Position numbers and translations under genes: made by a program. From Candidatus Latescibacterota bacterium (GTDB lineage: Bacteria > Latescibacterota > UBA2968 > SICM01), in assembly GCA_965217865.1 (NCBI GenBank), contig CBDCJO010000002.1:5600001-5664000 (forward strand): a stretch of 64,000 bases of DNA. Direction: 5' to 3'. Each line of letters opens with the position of its first letter. Within the stretch, counting starts at the first letter, position 1. The notes under the pieces are model-generated. The model was not told where the DNA came from. It made no database searches and was given only the letters and a program-made list of their open reading frames with translations. Positions 30,534-40,801 of the stretch are shown piece by piece.

Positions 30534-31193
30534 TTGAAAATCCATCTTCGCATGGGGGTGGCCGTCGCAGCCTTATCATCCACCCTAATCGTCCCAATGT
30601 TTAACACGTGTCTTGCACAAACCAGATTGGATGCTATCCTGGCCAGGGCGGATACAGCCAACCGCATATTGAATCCCAGGGAGATGAAAAAGATCGCTGA
30701 TTCCCTCGGGGCGAAATGTACTCACTGTCACACCGGAAAAAAGCCCGACGGGAAACCGGATTACAAAGCTCCCTCTCACCTGAAAGAAACCGCAAAGTAC
30801 ATGAAAACCCACTTTGTGGATCGTCTGGTAACCAGGGAAGGGAAGCCTTTAACCTGCGCCACGTGTCACGCCGGGAAGGTTAAGTTTCTTCCCATGGTCC
30901 TCTCGCCTGACGCTCCCAATTCGGATGTCCAGGAGGACCGCAAGAAAACCATGAAACGGATGGGGGTCATCGCAAAGTCGTTGGGCGTTAAGTGCGATTT
31001 CTGTCACAAGAAAGGGCCGGAAGGCAAATTCGCCTTCGAATTGCCTTCAAAACACAAACAGGTTGCGAAGTTTATGATGACGGAGATCGTGGAAAAATAT
31101 CGGTTGAAAGACGGGGGGGAATTGGCATGCGCCACGTGTCACGGAGGAAAGACACATTTTCTGCCTCGTCATGTCGGGGAGGAGGGTCACTAA
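30534..31193 (+). CDS. Secreted tetraheme c-type cytochrome (PufC/reaction-centre cytochrome-like diheme module x2)
   Basis: TTG start after AAGGAG; signal peptide; CTHCH, CATCH, CDFCH, CATCH; repeated M-x5-SLG-x2-CxxCH...K-x2-A-x2-M pattern. Confidence 0.8.
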   Translation: MKIHLRMGVAVAALSSTLIVPMFNTCLAQTRLDAILARADTANRILNPREMKKIADSLGAKCTHCHTGKKPDGKPDYKAPSHLKETAKYMKTHFVDRLVTREGKPLTCATCHAGKVKFLPMVLSPDAPNSDVQEDRKKTMKRMGVIAKSLGVKCDFCHKKGPEGKFAFELPSKHKQVAKFMMTEIVEKYRLKDGGELACATCHGGKTHFLPRHVGEEGH

Positions 31194-31269
31194 GGCCCCG
31201 TCAGGGGAGGTGGAGTCGGGGGCGGAAGTTGGAGGCCATATTAACAATAAACCTGAAGTCAGCAAACCA

Positions 31270-31304
31270 AAAGGGCCCTCCGGAATCTTTTCCGAGGGCC
31301 CTTT
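31270..31304. terminator. Bidirectional terminator between convergent genes
   Basis: AAAGGGCCCTC.GGAA...TTCCGAGGGCCCTTT. Confidence 0.75.
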
Positions 31305-31333
31305 CTTCTATCCGTATCTTTTCGATTTCACTT

Positions 31334-32299
31334 TTATTTCACTTTGGCAGCCAAAGCCCTGTTTGATTCGAGCCTTTCTCTGTCCAGGATATACGGGAAG
31401 GGATTGACCCAGCGTCCATTCTTTTTAAGCCCGTAGTGAACGTGTGGGGCTGTCGCCCGCCCCGTCATTCCGACATATCCGATGATCTGGCCTCGCCTGA
31501 CCTTTTGTCCACGCTTGACCTCAAAACCATTCAAGTGGCCGTATAGGGTCTTCAAACCGTATTTATGATCGATTTCGATAAATTTACCGAGCTCTTGATC
31601 CCGTTTCCGCTTGGACACGATACCGTCTGCGGCTGCAAAAATGTGGGTTCCCCTCCTGCATGAGATGTCGACGCCCCTATGCGAATGCATCTTTCCCGTG
31701 AAGGGATGGCGGCGGCGGCCGAACCGGGAAGATATCCACGCCTTCGCATTCGACAGAAGCACCGGAGAGATTGACGGCGTATGATCTCTGATATCGATGT
31801 CTTTACTCAATTTGGTGGCGACCTCATCGAAACTTCCTTTGACCAGATCCGCTTCCCGCAGGAGACTCTCAAGGTCCAGACTTACTTTTCTGGCCATCAA
31901 CTTCGGACCTGTTGCGACAGCAGGTAGGTGATTCCCATTGGTTCCATTCCCATTCGTACCGTTTGTACCCGGGACTTCATCGACAGGCAGAAGGTTCGCC
32001 ATCTGACGAAGTCGCATATCGCTCGAAACCAATTCGGTCATCTGCTGCCGAAGCTCGAGGAGCTCATGATCCACTTCTTTCATCTGCGTGGCAAGGGATC
32101 GGTTTTCTGCCTCCAGCATCGCGAATTCGGATTCCTGATTTAATCGAATATAATATCCGATGCCAAAGTAGAGCATGGCCGCGAAACAGAGGATCAAGAT
32201 CCCACACATTCCCCGAATCGATCTTAAGGAAAGGCCATACTCCTTTACCCGGTTCTCGTCGTGCGGAATTACCATCAAGGTTAGATGCCTCTTTTTCAT
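31334..32299 (-). CDS. M23-family metallopeptidase with N-terminal TM and coiled coil
   Basis: ISSRFG.R.HPF, HRGVD (HxxxD), TLYGHL, TAPHVHY (HxH). Confidence 0.92.
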   Translation of the reverse strand: MKKRHLTLMVIPHDENRVKEYGLSLRSIRGMCGILILCFAAMLYFGIGYYIRLNQESEFAMLEAENRSLATQMKEVDHELLELRQQMTELVSSDMRLRQMANLLPVDEVPGTNGTNGNGTNGNHLPAVATGPKLMARKVSLDLESLLREADLVKGSFDEVATKLSKDIDIRDHTPSISPVLLSNAKAWISSRFGRRRHPFTGKMHSHRGVDISCRRGTHIFAAADGIVSKRKRDQELGKFIEIDHKYGLKTLYGHLNGFEVKRGQKVRRGQIIGYVGMTGRATAPHVHYGLKKNGRWVNPFPYILDRERLESNRALAAKVK

Positions 32300-32699
32300 C
32301 TTCCATCCTCATATAGGTGGGGACAGGGGCCGGGGGTTGGCCTTTTAACGCGTAATTCGAATCATTCAGGAAAGGGAGAAATATAGGAATGGCGACACAA
32401 ACTCCGCCAATTTAAGATTTTTCAATAATTTTGTCAACTAAAAATTGATGTAAAATTCAATTTTACAGAGACATATGGGCACTATGGGGGACGTTGTCAG
32501 GGAATTATTGCGGGTGGATGGACCTCTTAACCACAACCTGTAGTGCCTTTCACCCTACTCCCATCAAGACTCGGCAATTAGAGTTAATTCAATTTTTTCC
32601 GGCGGATCCCTCCCAAATTCACTTCCGATCAACAACTGAATTGATCCCAAGAGTGTCTTGAATGTCCTAAAACCCCTTTGTTTCCCCTTTTATTTCCCC

Positions 32700-32728
32700 T
32701 TGACACCCCCAATACCCCCGAGTAAATT
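32700..32728 (+). promoter_or_regulatory. Sigma70-type promoter upstream of the PhyH gene
   Basis: TTGACA-N17-TAAATT. Confidence 0.55.
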
Positions 32729-32766
32729 GCCCGACCCCTTTATTTTCGGATCATTCGGGTGGGCCG

Positions 32767-33549
32767 ATGCGAACGCCTATGGAGAACCTTACTATCGACC
32801 AAGCCCTGGTCGAGTTCGGGGTGACGCCGGAAACCCTAACCGCCACACAGCGGGATGAGCTCGATACCCTGGGTTACACCATCTTCCAGAACATGATCGA
32901 CACCACATGGTTGGACGAACTGCGAGAGGCCTTCGAGCACATCCACGACGAAGAAGGGGATCTTGCGGGCATCGAGGTCGCCCGGCTTCCCGGCGTTCGC
33001 AGGCTGGCGGATCTGGTCAATAAATCAACGGCCTTCGACGGTGTTTGGCAGAACCCCCAGGTCCTGGCCGCGGCCCGCCACGTGATCGGTCGCCCGTTCA
33101 AGCTGCATTCTCTTAACGGCCACGATCCGCTGCCGGGGAACGGCGCTCAGAACCTCCACACCGACACTAAAGAAACGCGGGAGACCACGACGCAGTGCCA
33201 CGTGGTCAATTCAATGTGGATGCTCGACGACCTGACGCGGGAAAACGGCGCTACCCGTGTCGTGCCCGGAACTCATCGGAATTCGAACCCCCCCGAGGAG
33301 GTTCTCGACGACCCTGGAGCCCCGCACCCCGAAGAAACCTACCTGACTGGAAAGGCGGGTGACGTCGCCGTGTTCAACGCCCATCTCTGGCACGGTTGCT
33401 CCCGGAACCACACCGCGCGCACCCGACGCCTCCTCCACTGTGCGTTCATCGGCCGTGAATTGCAGCAGCAGACCGATCAGCGCCAATACCTGCGCGAACA
33501 AACCGCAAAACGCCTCGCACCCAAAGCGCGGGTTATCCTCGACGTCTAA
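32767..33549 (+). CDS. Phytanoyl-CoA dioxygenase (PhyH) family Fe(II)/2OG oxygenase
   Basis: LHTD (HxD), ENGATRVVPGTH, AGDVAVFN..LWH, N.T...R. Confidence 0.88.
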   Translation: MRTPMENLTIDQALVEFGVTPETLTATQRDELDTLGYTIFQNMIDTTWLDELREAFEHIHDEEGDLAGIEVARLPGVRRLADLVNKSTAFDGVWQNPQVLAAARHVIGRPFKLHSLNGHDPLPGNGAQNLHTDTKETRETTTQCHVVNSMWMLDDLTRENGATRVVPGTHRNSNPPEEVLDDPGAPHPEETYLTGKAGDVAVFNAHLWHGCSRNHTARTRRLLHCAFIGRELQQQTDQRQYLREQTAKRLAPKARVILDV

Positions 33550-33674
33550 GTGATCTTCCAAAAACCGGATGGGTTGTACATTGCGGCCCCCAGGAAATGG
33601 TGTCTGAGAGGAACGACAAGGCACCTCCGATTAAGAATATAAACCGTCGATTCGGGAAGTATCCACGACCAAAC

Positions 33675-35618
33675 ATGGAATTTACGTCTAAAAAAAGGAC
33701 CGAAGCAAACCCTCGACTTTCTTCGGGGTTGACGGGACGGGCGGTCCTTATCGGCCTTGCGATGTGCAGCCTCCTGGTCTATCTGGACATCTCCATCCAG
33801 AGCCTGGGCAGGGCGGGGACATCCAGTCTGACGATAGACGGATTTGGCAACGGCGCGCTGTTCCTGCTGTTCAACCTGATCCTTGCCGTCGGATTGTTGA
33901 AACGTTTGGGAATCATTCGGTCGGGATTAAAACCGAGAGAACTGATGATCATCTTCTCCATGTTGCTCATCTCCTCGGTCATCCCGTCCATAACCTTCGT
34001 ACTGCTCCCGCATCTGGCGGGGTTTTCCACCTTCAGCGCCGACCCGTACCAAACGGGGAAACTCGTGGCCCCACTGCTCCCCGGGGGTCTGACCGTAACA
34101 GACTACGGGGCAGGAAAAGGCTTCTTCCAAGGCCTGGGATCCGCAGAGAGTGTCCCGTATAGGGCCTGGGCCGGACCCCTGGCCGCGTGGGGGGTGCTTT
34201 TCGGGGTACTCTATTTCACGATGATGGCGTTGATGGTGATCGTTCGGAAGCGATGGCTGGAACAGGAGCGGCTCTCGTTTCCGATGGCTCAGTTACCCTT
34301 GTCCCTGATCGAGGGAGAACCCGGGAGACGGCCTCTCCTGCGCAACGGGATATTCTGGTTCGGTTTTTCGCTACCGGCCTCTGTCGGATTGAACCGAATA
34401 CTCTCCTCGCTTCTTCCCTCCATCCCCCCAATCAACCTCTCCACCTACACCCGTTTATACCGCAATTCAGTCACGGTGTCGTTCTCGACAAATTTCCTCG
34501 TCTTGGGTATCAGTTATCTGGTCTCCCTGGAGATCCTGGGGAGCATCCTCCTCTTCAACCTGGTCGCGCACCTGCAACTATTCCTGATCATGTTCACGGG
34601 CAGCCCCATCCTTGACAGTCGGCCACGCCCTCCCCACGCCTATTATGCCCGCCTGCATCAGCAATCGATGGGAGCCCTTCTGGTGATGGTCGGATTCGGG
34701 CTGTTTGAGGCACGGGACCACCTGAGAGATGTGTTGCGAAAGGCCTTCGGATCGGCCGAGGAGGTGGACGACGGGGACGAGATGCTTTCTTACCGCACAG
34801 CGTTTTTCGGAACAATCGCGGGGATGGCCTTCACCTGCTGGTGGCTCGGGATGACAGGGATCTCCTGGTGGGTCGTGCCGATCTTCGTCGTCTTGATGCT
34901 GGTGACTTTCCTGGGCGCCACGCGTGTCCTGGCCGAGGCCGGGGTCGTATTATGGGCACCCATGAGTTCGGTACAGATTCTCCTCAATTCGGTGGGGGCA
35001 CAGTTACTCGGGGGATCCACTTTGGCCGGATTTCTCCTTGCCCATTCCTGGGCTTATCCCACACGGGCGAATATCATGGCCAGCGGATCCACGGCCATGA
35101 GGCTGATTAACCGGCGGGGCCAGCGATCCCGGCCTCTCCTCTATGTGTTCCTTGGGGCTCTTTTGATATCCGGTGCGACCGCTGTGGCCACGATGTTCTA
35201 TTTTTCCTACACCTTCGGAACCTATGGGTTGTACGGCAACACCGGCCATTCTGTGGTGATCAAGAAGCTCCTGAATTTCTACGGGGCGCTCCTCGGTGAT
35301 CCTTCCGAGGGGGAGCCCGTTCGTCTCGTATGGTCGGGGATCGGGGCCGCCGTCATGGGCTTCCTGATCTTTGCCAGGAGATATTTTTTCTGGTGGCCAT
35401 TTTTTCCGGTCGGTTATGTTGTTGGCAACCTGACCCAGACCTGGCCCTGGTGGCTCAACGTCTTCCTGGCGTGGATTGTCAAGCGTAACGTGTTGAGATA
35501 CGGTGGGCCGGCCCTCCACGGAAAGGCGCAAGCTTTCTTTCTGGGATTGATTATGGGAGAGGCGGTGATCAGGAGCGTGGATGATGTCCTGTATTTTCTC
35601 CAGTATCTTTTGAGTTGA
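33675..35618 (+). CDS. DUF6785/DUF6784-type polytopic membrane protein, paralog of 5206-7176
   Basis: RKRWLEQERLSFPMAQLP, FFWWPFFPVGY, FFLGLIMG; start chosen by alignment to the paralog (ORF opens at 33597). Confidence 0.75.
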   Translation: MEFTSKKRTEANPRLSSGLTGRAVLIGLAMCSLLVYLDISIQSLGRAGTSSLTIDGFGNGALFLLFNLILAVGLLKRLGIIRSGLKPRELMIIFSMLLISSVIPSITFVLLPHLAGFSTFSADPYQTGKLVAPLLPGGLTVTDYGAGKGFFQGLGSAESVPYRAWAGPLAAWGVLFGVLYFTMMALMVIVRKRWLEQERLSFPMAQLPLSLIEGEPGRRPLLRNGIFWFGFSLPASVGLNRILSSLLPSIPPINLSTYTRLYRNSVTVSFSTNFLVLGISYLVSLEILGSILLFNLVAHLQLFLIMFTGSPILDSRPRPPHAYYARLHQQSMGALLVMVGFGLFEARDHLRDVLRKAFGSAEEVDDGDEMLSYRTAFFGTIAGMAFTCWWLGMTGISWWVVPIFVVLMLVTFLGATRVLAEAGVVLWAPMSSVQILLNSVGAQLLGGSTLAGFLLAHSWAYPTRANIMASGSTAMRLINRRGQRSRPLLYVFLGALLISGATAVATMFYFSYTFGTYGLYGNTGHSVVIKKLLNFYGALLGDPSEGEPVRLVWSGIGAAVMGFLIFARRYFFWWPFFPVGYVVGNLTQTWPWWLNVFLAWIVKRNVLRYGGPALHGKAQAFFLGLIMGEAVIRSVDDVLYFLQYLLS

Positions 35619-35696
35619 TGTTAGTCACGGATCCCATCGTGTCGCTCCAACCATTCGGAAACCATAGGTGAGGGTGCTGGATCATTTCGTGATCAC

Positions 35697-35725
35697 AAAA
35701 AAAAAGCCCGGGGCGATCCCCGGGC
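35697..35725 (-). terminator. Rho-independent terminator of the cNMP-domain gene
   Basis: Minus strand GCCCGGGG-ATCG-CCCCGGGC followed by a long T run. Confidence 0.8.
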
Positions 35726-35762
35726 CAGCTAGGTAAATTATCGTAAGGCGTCCGGGTCAAAT

Positions 35763-36423
35763 TTATGCCTCGGCTTGCTCGGGTTTATCCTCAGCCCCTT
35801 TCCCTTCAGACTCCATACTTTCCATCTTTGGCACAGAACTCACACTTCCCATCTCCGGTACGGAACCCACGCTTTCCTGTTCAGCCTCGCTGCTTTGTTC
35901 TTCCGGGTCAGATCGTTGAGGGGTTTCCGAGGATTCGGCTTGTTTGAGGGAATCGAACTTTCGTTTAAAATCAGCGATCTGTCTGTTGTTTTCGCTGATC
36001 CGGTCCGTGAGCGTCCCGATTAGATTCTTAAAGATGATCAGTCCCGCGTCCGGCCATTTCTTCAGATAAAGATCGAACTTTAATTTCGAGAGCACCAGGG
36101 TGTTCGACTGTTATCGCCACCACCGTGGCCGTGCGTTGAAGCCCCGTGATGATTCCCATCTCACCAACCGTTACAATCGGGTCTATCGTTGCAAGCAGCA
36201 TGCCATCTCGTGTTTGAACGGCGAGTTGTCCAGTGAGGAGGATATACATCTCCGTGCTTTTGGACCCGGACTCACAAACCACCTGCTTAGGGGTGAAGAC
36301 CCTTGGTTCGATGGTTTTCAGGACTTCCATCACGTGAGCTGTCTGAAGCCCTTGGAACATCGGGATCTTTCCGATGATCCTTATAAATTTGTTTGAATGC
36401 GTATGCCTCATACGTGGGCTCAA
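35763..36423 (-). pseudogene. Cyclic-nucleotide-binding domain protein, frameshifted near 36110
   Basis: ORF1 has IPMFQGL, MYILLTGQL, VGEMG, RTATVVA; the domain continues in another frame (SNTLVLSK..F...L...P); may be a sequencing error. Confidence 0.7.
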
Positions 36424-36527
36424 TTCCCCGTTGTTAAAACTGAGGTGGGGAAAACTCGTATAACGCCCCTTGATAAGTATCGTCCGTTCTATACGAAACT
36501 GAAATCAGACCGGGGCCGTTCGGAGAT

Positions 36528-37601
36528 CTAACCCAGATCTCCAACCCGGATCTCCTTCCCCGTTCGCGCGGACTCATAGACCGCCAGATTGATCGCGACA
36601 GCGTTCCGAGCGCTCTCGCCCGTTATCTTTGGCGGCCTATCCTCCAGGATAGCGGAAACCATATCTTCCACCTGGATCTTGTGGCCCCGCCAGTTAAGCG
36701 CCATCGGGTCTGCCGAAATTCCTTTAACATTCTCCTTCTTCCCAAACTCTGCGAGAATATCGGCTTCTTCTGCATCCTCCGCCTCTTTGGAGTCCCCCTG
36801 GATCCGCCAGGTTCGAATGTTATCGTCCGTTTTTTCGATCGACCCGGTTTCTCCGTGCACGAACAGCTCCGTGGCCAGGCCCGGATAGGCGCAGGTCATC
36901 GTATTGATCGAACCGATGGCTCCGCTTTCGAACTTCAAAACCGCAGCCAATTTGTCCTCTGTTTCGATCCGGTGGGTGAAAACGGCCATGGTTCCAAAGA
37001 CCGATTCCACAGGCCCCATAAACCACTGGATGAGATCCACCGTATGTACACCTTGGTTCATCAGCGACCCCCCGCCGTCCCACTGCCAAGTCCCCCGCCA
37101 TTTATCCGCCGAATCATCGTAGTAGGATTGCGCACGCCACCATCGAAGGTCTCCGTGGCAGCCGATCATCCGTCCCAGCCGTCCATTGTCGATAGCTTCC
37201 TTGATCTTAAGGTTAACGGGATGAACGCGCGCCTGGAAAATCACCTGGAGCTTTTTTTTCGTTTGATGCGACGCGGCGATCATCGCGTCGATCCTGGAAA
37301 GTTTTATATCGGCTGGTTTCTCCGTGATGACGTGCTTTCCGGCCTCCATTGCAGAGATGGCCATATCCGCGTGCATCCCGCTGTAGGTACAGACGTTTAT
37401 GACCTCAACATCCCTGTCATTCAACATCTCTTCATATCGGGTATATCCTTTGACATGAAACTTTTCTGCGATCGGATTCAGCAGATTTTCATTCACGTCG
37501 CAGACGGCAACCAGCCTTGCACCTTTTGCATCCGAAATATCCGGACAGTGAAGCGCCCCCATTCCAAGACCGACAACCCCAAATCCGACCTCCTTACCCA
37601 T
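36528..37601 (-). CDS. Gfo/Idh/MocA family oxidoreductase
   Basis: GVVGLG, GKHVITEKP, WRGTW..DGGG.LMNQGVH.VD, ETED. Confidence 0.93.
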   Translation of the reverse strand: MGKEVGFGVVGLGMGALHCPDISDAKGARLVAVCDVNENLLNPIAEKFHVKGYTRYEEMLNDRDVEVINVCTYSGMHADMAISAMEAGKHVITEKPADIKLSRIDAMIAASHQTKKKLQVIFQARVHPVNLKIKEAIDNGRLGRMIGCHGDLRWWRAQSYYDDSADKWRGTWQWDGGGSLMNQGVHTVDLIQWFMGPVESVFGTMAVFTHRIETEDKLAAVLKFESGAIGSINTMTCAYPGLATELFVHGETGSIEKTDDNIRTWRIQGDSKEAEDAEEADILAEFGKKENVKGISADPMALNWRGHKIQVEDMVSAILEDRPPKITGESARNAVAINLAVYESARTGKEIRVGDLG

Positions 37602-37691
37602 ACCCAGCTCCTCCTTTAAAAAGGACCATCGCTATTGAAACCAAGGGGTTATAATAAGGGTTCGCTCTGAGCAAGTCAAGGCTAAAAGAAA

Positions 37692-37750
37692 ATCCGGAGG
37701 TCGGAAACCGGAGTCAGACGGACTTGCGGCTCCGGACTCCGGACCCCGGA
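37692..37750. repeat. Degenerate heptamer repeat arms in inverted arrangement
   Basis: tccggag gtcggaa accggag tcagac ... ctccgga ctccgga ccccgga. Confidence 0.5.
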
Positions 37751-37837
37751 AATCTTGAAGACATTTCCCTTGCTTTCATACGATCTGGGGCCTAAGTTTT
37801 TAGCCCTCAACCAAAGCAAGAATACCAAGGAGCAGGC

Positions 37838-40801
37838 ATGTCACGATACGATATCCCCCCCCCAACCCACAAACCTGGGGATGAAGACCACGGTTTCCGG
37901 GTCGAGGGAGTCAAAGTGCTGACCGACATTCGGGCACTATGTTATGAATGTACCCACCTGAAGACGGGAGCGAAGCTCCTCCATCTCCACTGTAACGACG
38001 AAGAGAACCTATACGGAATCGCCTTCCGGACTCCGCCTTCCGATTCTACTGGGGTGCCGCATATCCTGGAGCATTCGGTCCTGATGGGCTCGACGAAATA
38101 CCCGGTAAAAGACGCCTTCAACGAATTGAGCAAATCCACGCTGAATACCTTCCTAAATGCGATGACTTGGCCGGACAAGACCATTTATCCGATCTGCTCG
38201 GCGGTTCACTTGGATTACTTCAACCTGGCGGATGTGTACACCGATCTGGTCCTGAATCCCCTCATCACGGAGCAGACATTCCGTCAGGAAGGGCACCACA
38301 TCGAACTCGCTGATCCGAACGACCTGAATTCGGATCTGATCATATCAGGGGTGGTCTATAACGAGATGAAGGGGGTCTACTCCTCTCCTGAAAGTATCGT
38401 CTTCAAGGCCATTCAGGAACAACTGTACCCCGACAATACCTATGGGGTAGACTCCGGCGGAGATCCCGAAGTTATCCCTTCATTGACCTATGAACAATTT
38501 TGCGAGTTTCACCGGTCCTATTATTCCCCCGGAAACGCTCACTGGTACCTTTACGGCGATATACCCCTCGAACAACATCTGGCTTTCATAGGGGGAAGGC
38601 TAAAGGGATTTGAGCCGATCAAGATAAACTCCGCCATCCAGGAGCAGCCTCGCTGGAACCGACCAAGGAGATTTGAGGCCACTTATCCGATTGCAACCGA
38701 GGACGATCCCGGGCATAAAACCTTTATCAATGTATCCTGGATGCTCGATTCGATGAAAAAGCCAGAAAACGTAATTCTCTTCGACGTCCTCGAAGAAGCC
38801 CTTGTTGGAAACGCCGCCGGCCCTTTGCGAAAGGCCTTGATCGACTCAGGCCTGGGCCAGGACCTCAGCCCGATCACAGGCCACGACACGGATTTTCTTC
38901 AGCCCCTTTTTTCCGTGGGGTTGCGCGGGAGCGAACCGGATCACAGGGAGAAGGTAGAAAAATTGATCCTGGGAACCCTTGAGGAGATCGCCGACGTTGG
39001 ACTCGATCCCGAACTGCTGAATGCGGCATTTCACCAGATCGAGTTCGCGGGGAAAGAAATCCGGCCCCCTTTTCCCGTGATGCTTCTCGTACGGGCGGCT
39101 GGCCCGGCAAACTACGGGGGGGATCCCAAGTCCTGGCTGGAGTTCGGCCGGTTGATCGAAAATGTCCGGGGCAGCTACAAAGGCAATCCAAATCTTTTTT
39201 CCGGGCTGATACGCAAGTGGCTCATCGAAAATCCTCACCGTTTGCAGAGTGTAGTATCACCCAGCAAGACCCATTCTTCCGAACAGGAAACCGCCTTCAG
39301 GGAGAAAATGGCAAACCGCAGGGCATCGATGAGCGACCGGGATCTGAAACGCGTCCAGGTCGAAGCGGTTGCGCTGAAAAAAGCCCAGGAGACCCCGGAT
39401 CCCCCGGAGAACCTGGCTAAACTCCCAAAGCTGGACCTCGACGAAGTCCCCCGGCGTGTCAGGACCGTTCCCACAAACCGCCGTGAACACCAGGGGGTCT
39501 CCATCCTGGAACACGAAGTCTTTTCGAACGGGGTCGTTTATGTAGACCTAGCTTTCGATATCTCTGACCTCGACGATGAAGAGAGCCTGTATGTTCCCTT
39601 CCTGGGCAAGGCCACTACGGGGCTGGGGGCCTCCGGGTTGGATTACGTTCGTATGGCAACCCGCATCTCCGGCGCCACGGGCGGGATCGGAAGCGAACCT
39701 ATAGCCGGCCGGCATCTCAGGGGCGGTGGTATTTTTCAACTCCTGACCTTCAAGGGGAAGTCGTTGTTCAGGAACCTTGAGGAACTCACGGCTATCCTGC
39801 GAGACCTTTTGACCAGTTCCGATACCACGGACGAAAAACGGATCCGAGATCTCATCCTTGAGGCCCGAAACAACATATTCAGCGCAATCATTCCATGGGG
39901 TCATCTATTCGCTTTCTATCGCGCCGGGGCTTCCCTTAGCCTCTCCCGTTATCGCCTCGAACAGTGGAACGGTTCATCACAAATCCGCTTCCTAACAGAT
40001 CTGGTTCATAAAACAGAGGACGAAATTACCTGGATTGCCGAGAAAGTCGGTGCGCTCCAGAGGCGCCTGTTTAACCAGGGCAGGCTTCTGATCAACGCGA
40101 CGGGGGACCCTGAACTCCTCGAGGGGATCCGCCCCTATCTCGATGAGCTCATCGGGGCCTTCCCTGAGGGAAGCAAAGGCCCGCGAAAAAATGAGGTTCC
40201 CGATGTCCCGAAGTCCGTCGGTGTCTCAATCCCGTCTCAGGTGAATTACGTGGGCAGGGTCCTGTCCGTGGGAGACATCCTATCACCAACCGCTCCTGCG
40301 ATGGAAATGCTCGCCTCCATTCTCAGTTCGGATTTCCTCTATCAGAAGCTTCGGGTTCAGGGGGGTGCTTACGGAGGTTTCAGCTTCTACGGACCCTATG
40401 ACGGTCTGCTCCCGATGTTGAGTTATCGAGATCCCCGTCTGTTTGAGACCCTGTCTGTCTACGATCAAGTCTCGGAATTCATACGATCGGACTCGGTCAC
40501 CGAAGCACTCCTCGAACGGTCAAAACTGGGTGCGATCGGAAGCTTCGACAGGATCCTCTCCCCCGCCCAGCAGGGATCCACGGCCCTTAGCCATCACCTC
40601 CTCGGCGTGGAGGACGACGACCGCAAGGCTTTCCGCGATGGTCTGTTCGATGTCACGGTGGAAAGCATCCGGAACCAGGCCCTCCCGGTTGTCGAAGCTG
40701 CCTTGAAAAGGTCACCGAAGGCCGTTATCGCTTCAAAGGAGGCCATCGAAGGGGCAAACGAAATGCTCGATGAGCCTTTCCTGATTACTTCGCTGGAGTA
40801 G
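37838..40801 (+). CDS. M16C (presequence protease-like) metallopeptidase
   Basis: TGVPHILEHSVL.GS.KYPVKD.F, TFLNAMT.PD, GVVYNEMKG, R.QGGAYG, SYRDP; 987 aa. Confidence 0.93.
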   Translation: MSRYDIPPPTHKPGDEDHGFRVEGVKVLTDIRALCYECTHLKTGAKLLHLHCNDEENLYGIAFRTPPSDSTGVPHILEHSVLMGSTKYPVKDAFNELSKSTLNTFLNAMTWPDKTIYPICSAVHLDYFNLADVYTDLVLNPLITEQTFRQEGHHIELADPNDLNSDLIISGVVYNEMKGVYSSPESIVFKAIQEQLYPDNTYGVDSGGDPEVIPSLTYEQFCEFHRSYYSPGNAHWYLYGDIPLEQHLAFIGGRLKGFEPIKINSAIQEQPRWNRPRRFEATYPIATEDDPGHKTFINVSWMLDSMKKPENVILFDVLEEALVGNAAGPLRKALIDSGLGQDLSPITGHDTDFLQPLFSVGLRGSEPDHREKVEKLILGTLEEIADVGLDPELLNAAFHQIEFAGKEIRPPFPVMLLVRAAGPANYGGDPKSWLEFGRLIENVRGSYKGNPNLFSGLIRKWLIENPHRLQSVVSPSKTHSSEQETAFREKMANRRASMSDRDLKRVQVEAVALKKAQETPDPPENLAKLPKLDLDEVPRRVRTVPTNRREHQGVSILEHEVFSNGVVYVDLAFDISDLDDEESLYVPFLGKATTGLGASGLDYVRMATRISGATGGIGSEPIAGRHLRGGGIFQLLTFKGKSLFRNLEELTAILRDLLTSSDTTDEKRIRDLILEARNNIFSAIIPWGHLFAFYRAGASLSLSRYRLEQWNGSSQIRFLTDLVHKTEDEITWIAEKVGALQRRLFNQGRLLINATGDPELLEGIRPYLDELIGAFPEGSKGPRKNEVPDVPKSVGVSIPSQVNYVGRVLSVGDILSPTAPAMEMLASILSSDFLYQKLRVQGGAYGGFSFYGPYDGLLPMLSYRDPRLFETLSVYDQVSEFIRSDSVTEALLERSKLGAIGSFDRILSPAQQGSTALSHHLLGVEDDDRKAFRDGLFDVTVESIRNQALPVVEAALKRSPKAVIASKEAIEGANEMLDEPFLITSLE

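Noticed and set aside
30534-31193. Evidence of phototrophy from the PufC-like cytochrome
   Set aside because: No pufLM, bch or crt genes in the window; similar cytochromes occur in non-phototrophs.
32532-32545. NrdR box (CACAACCTGTAGTG)
   Set aside because: A single mismatched copy with no tandem partner and no nucleotide-reduction gene adjacent.
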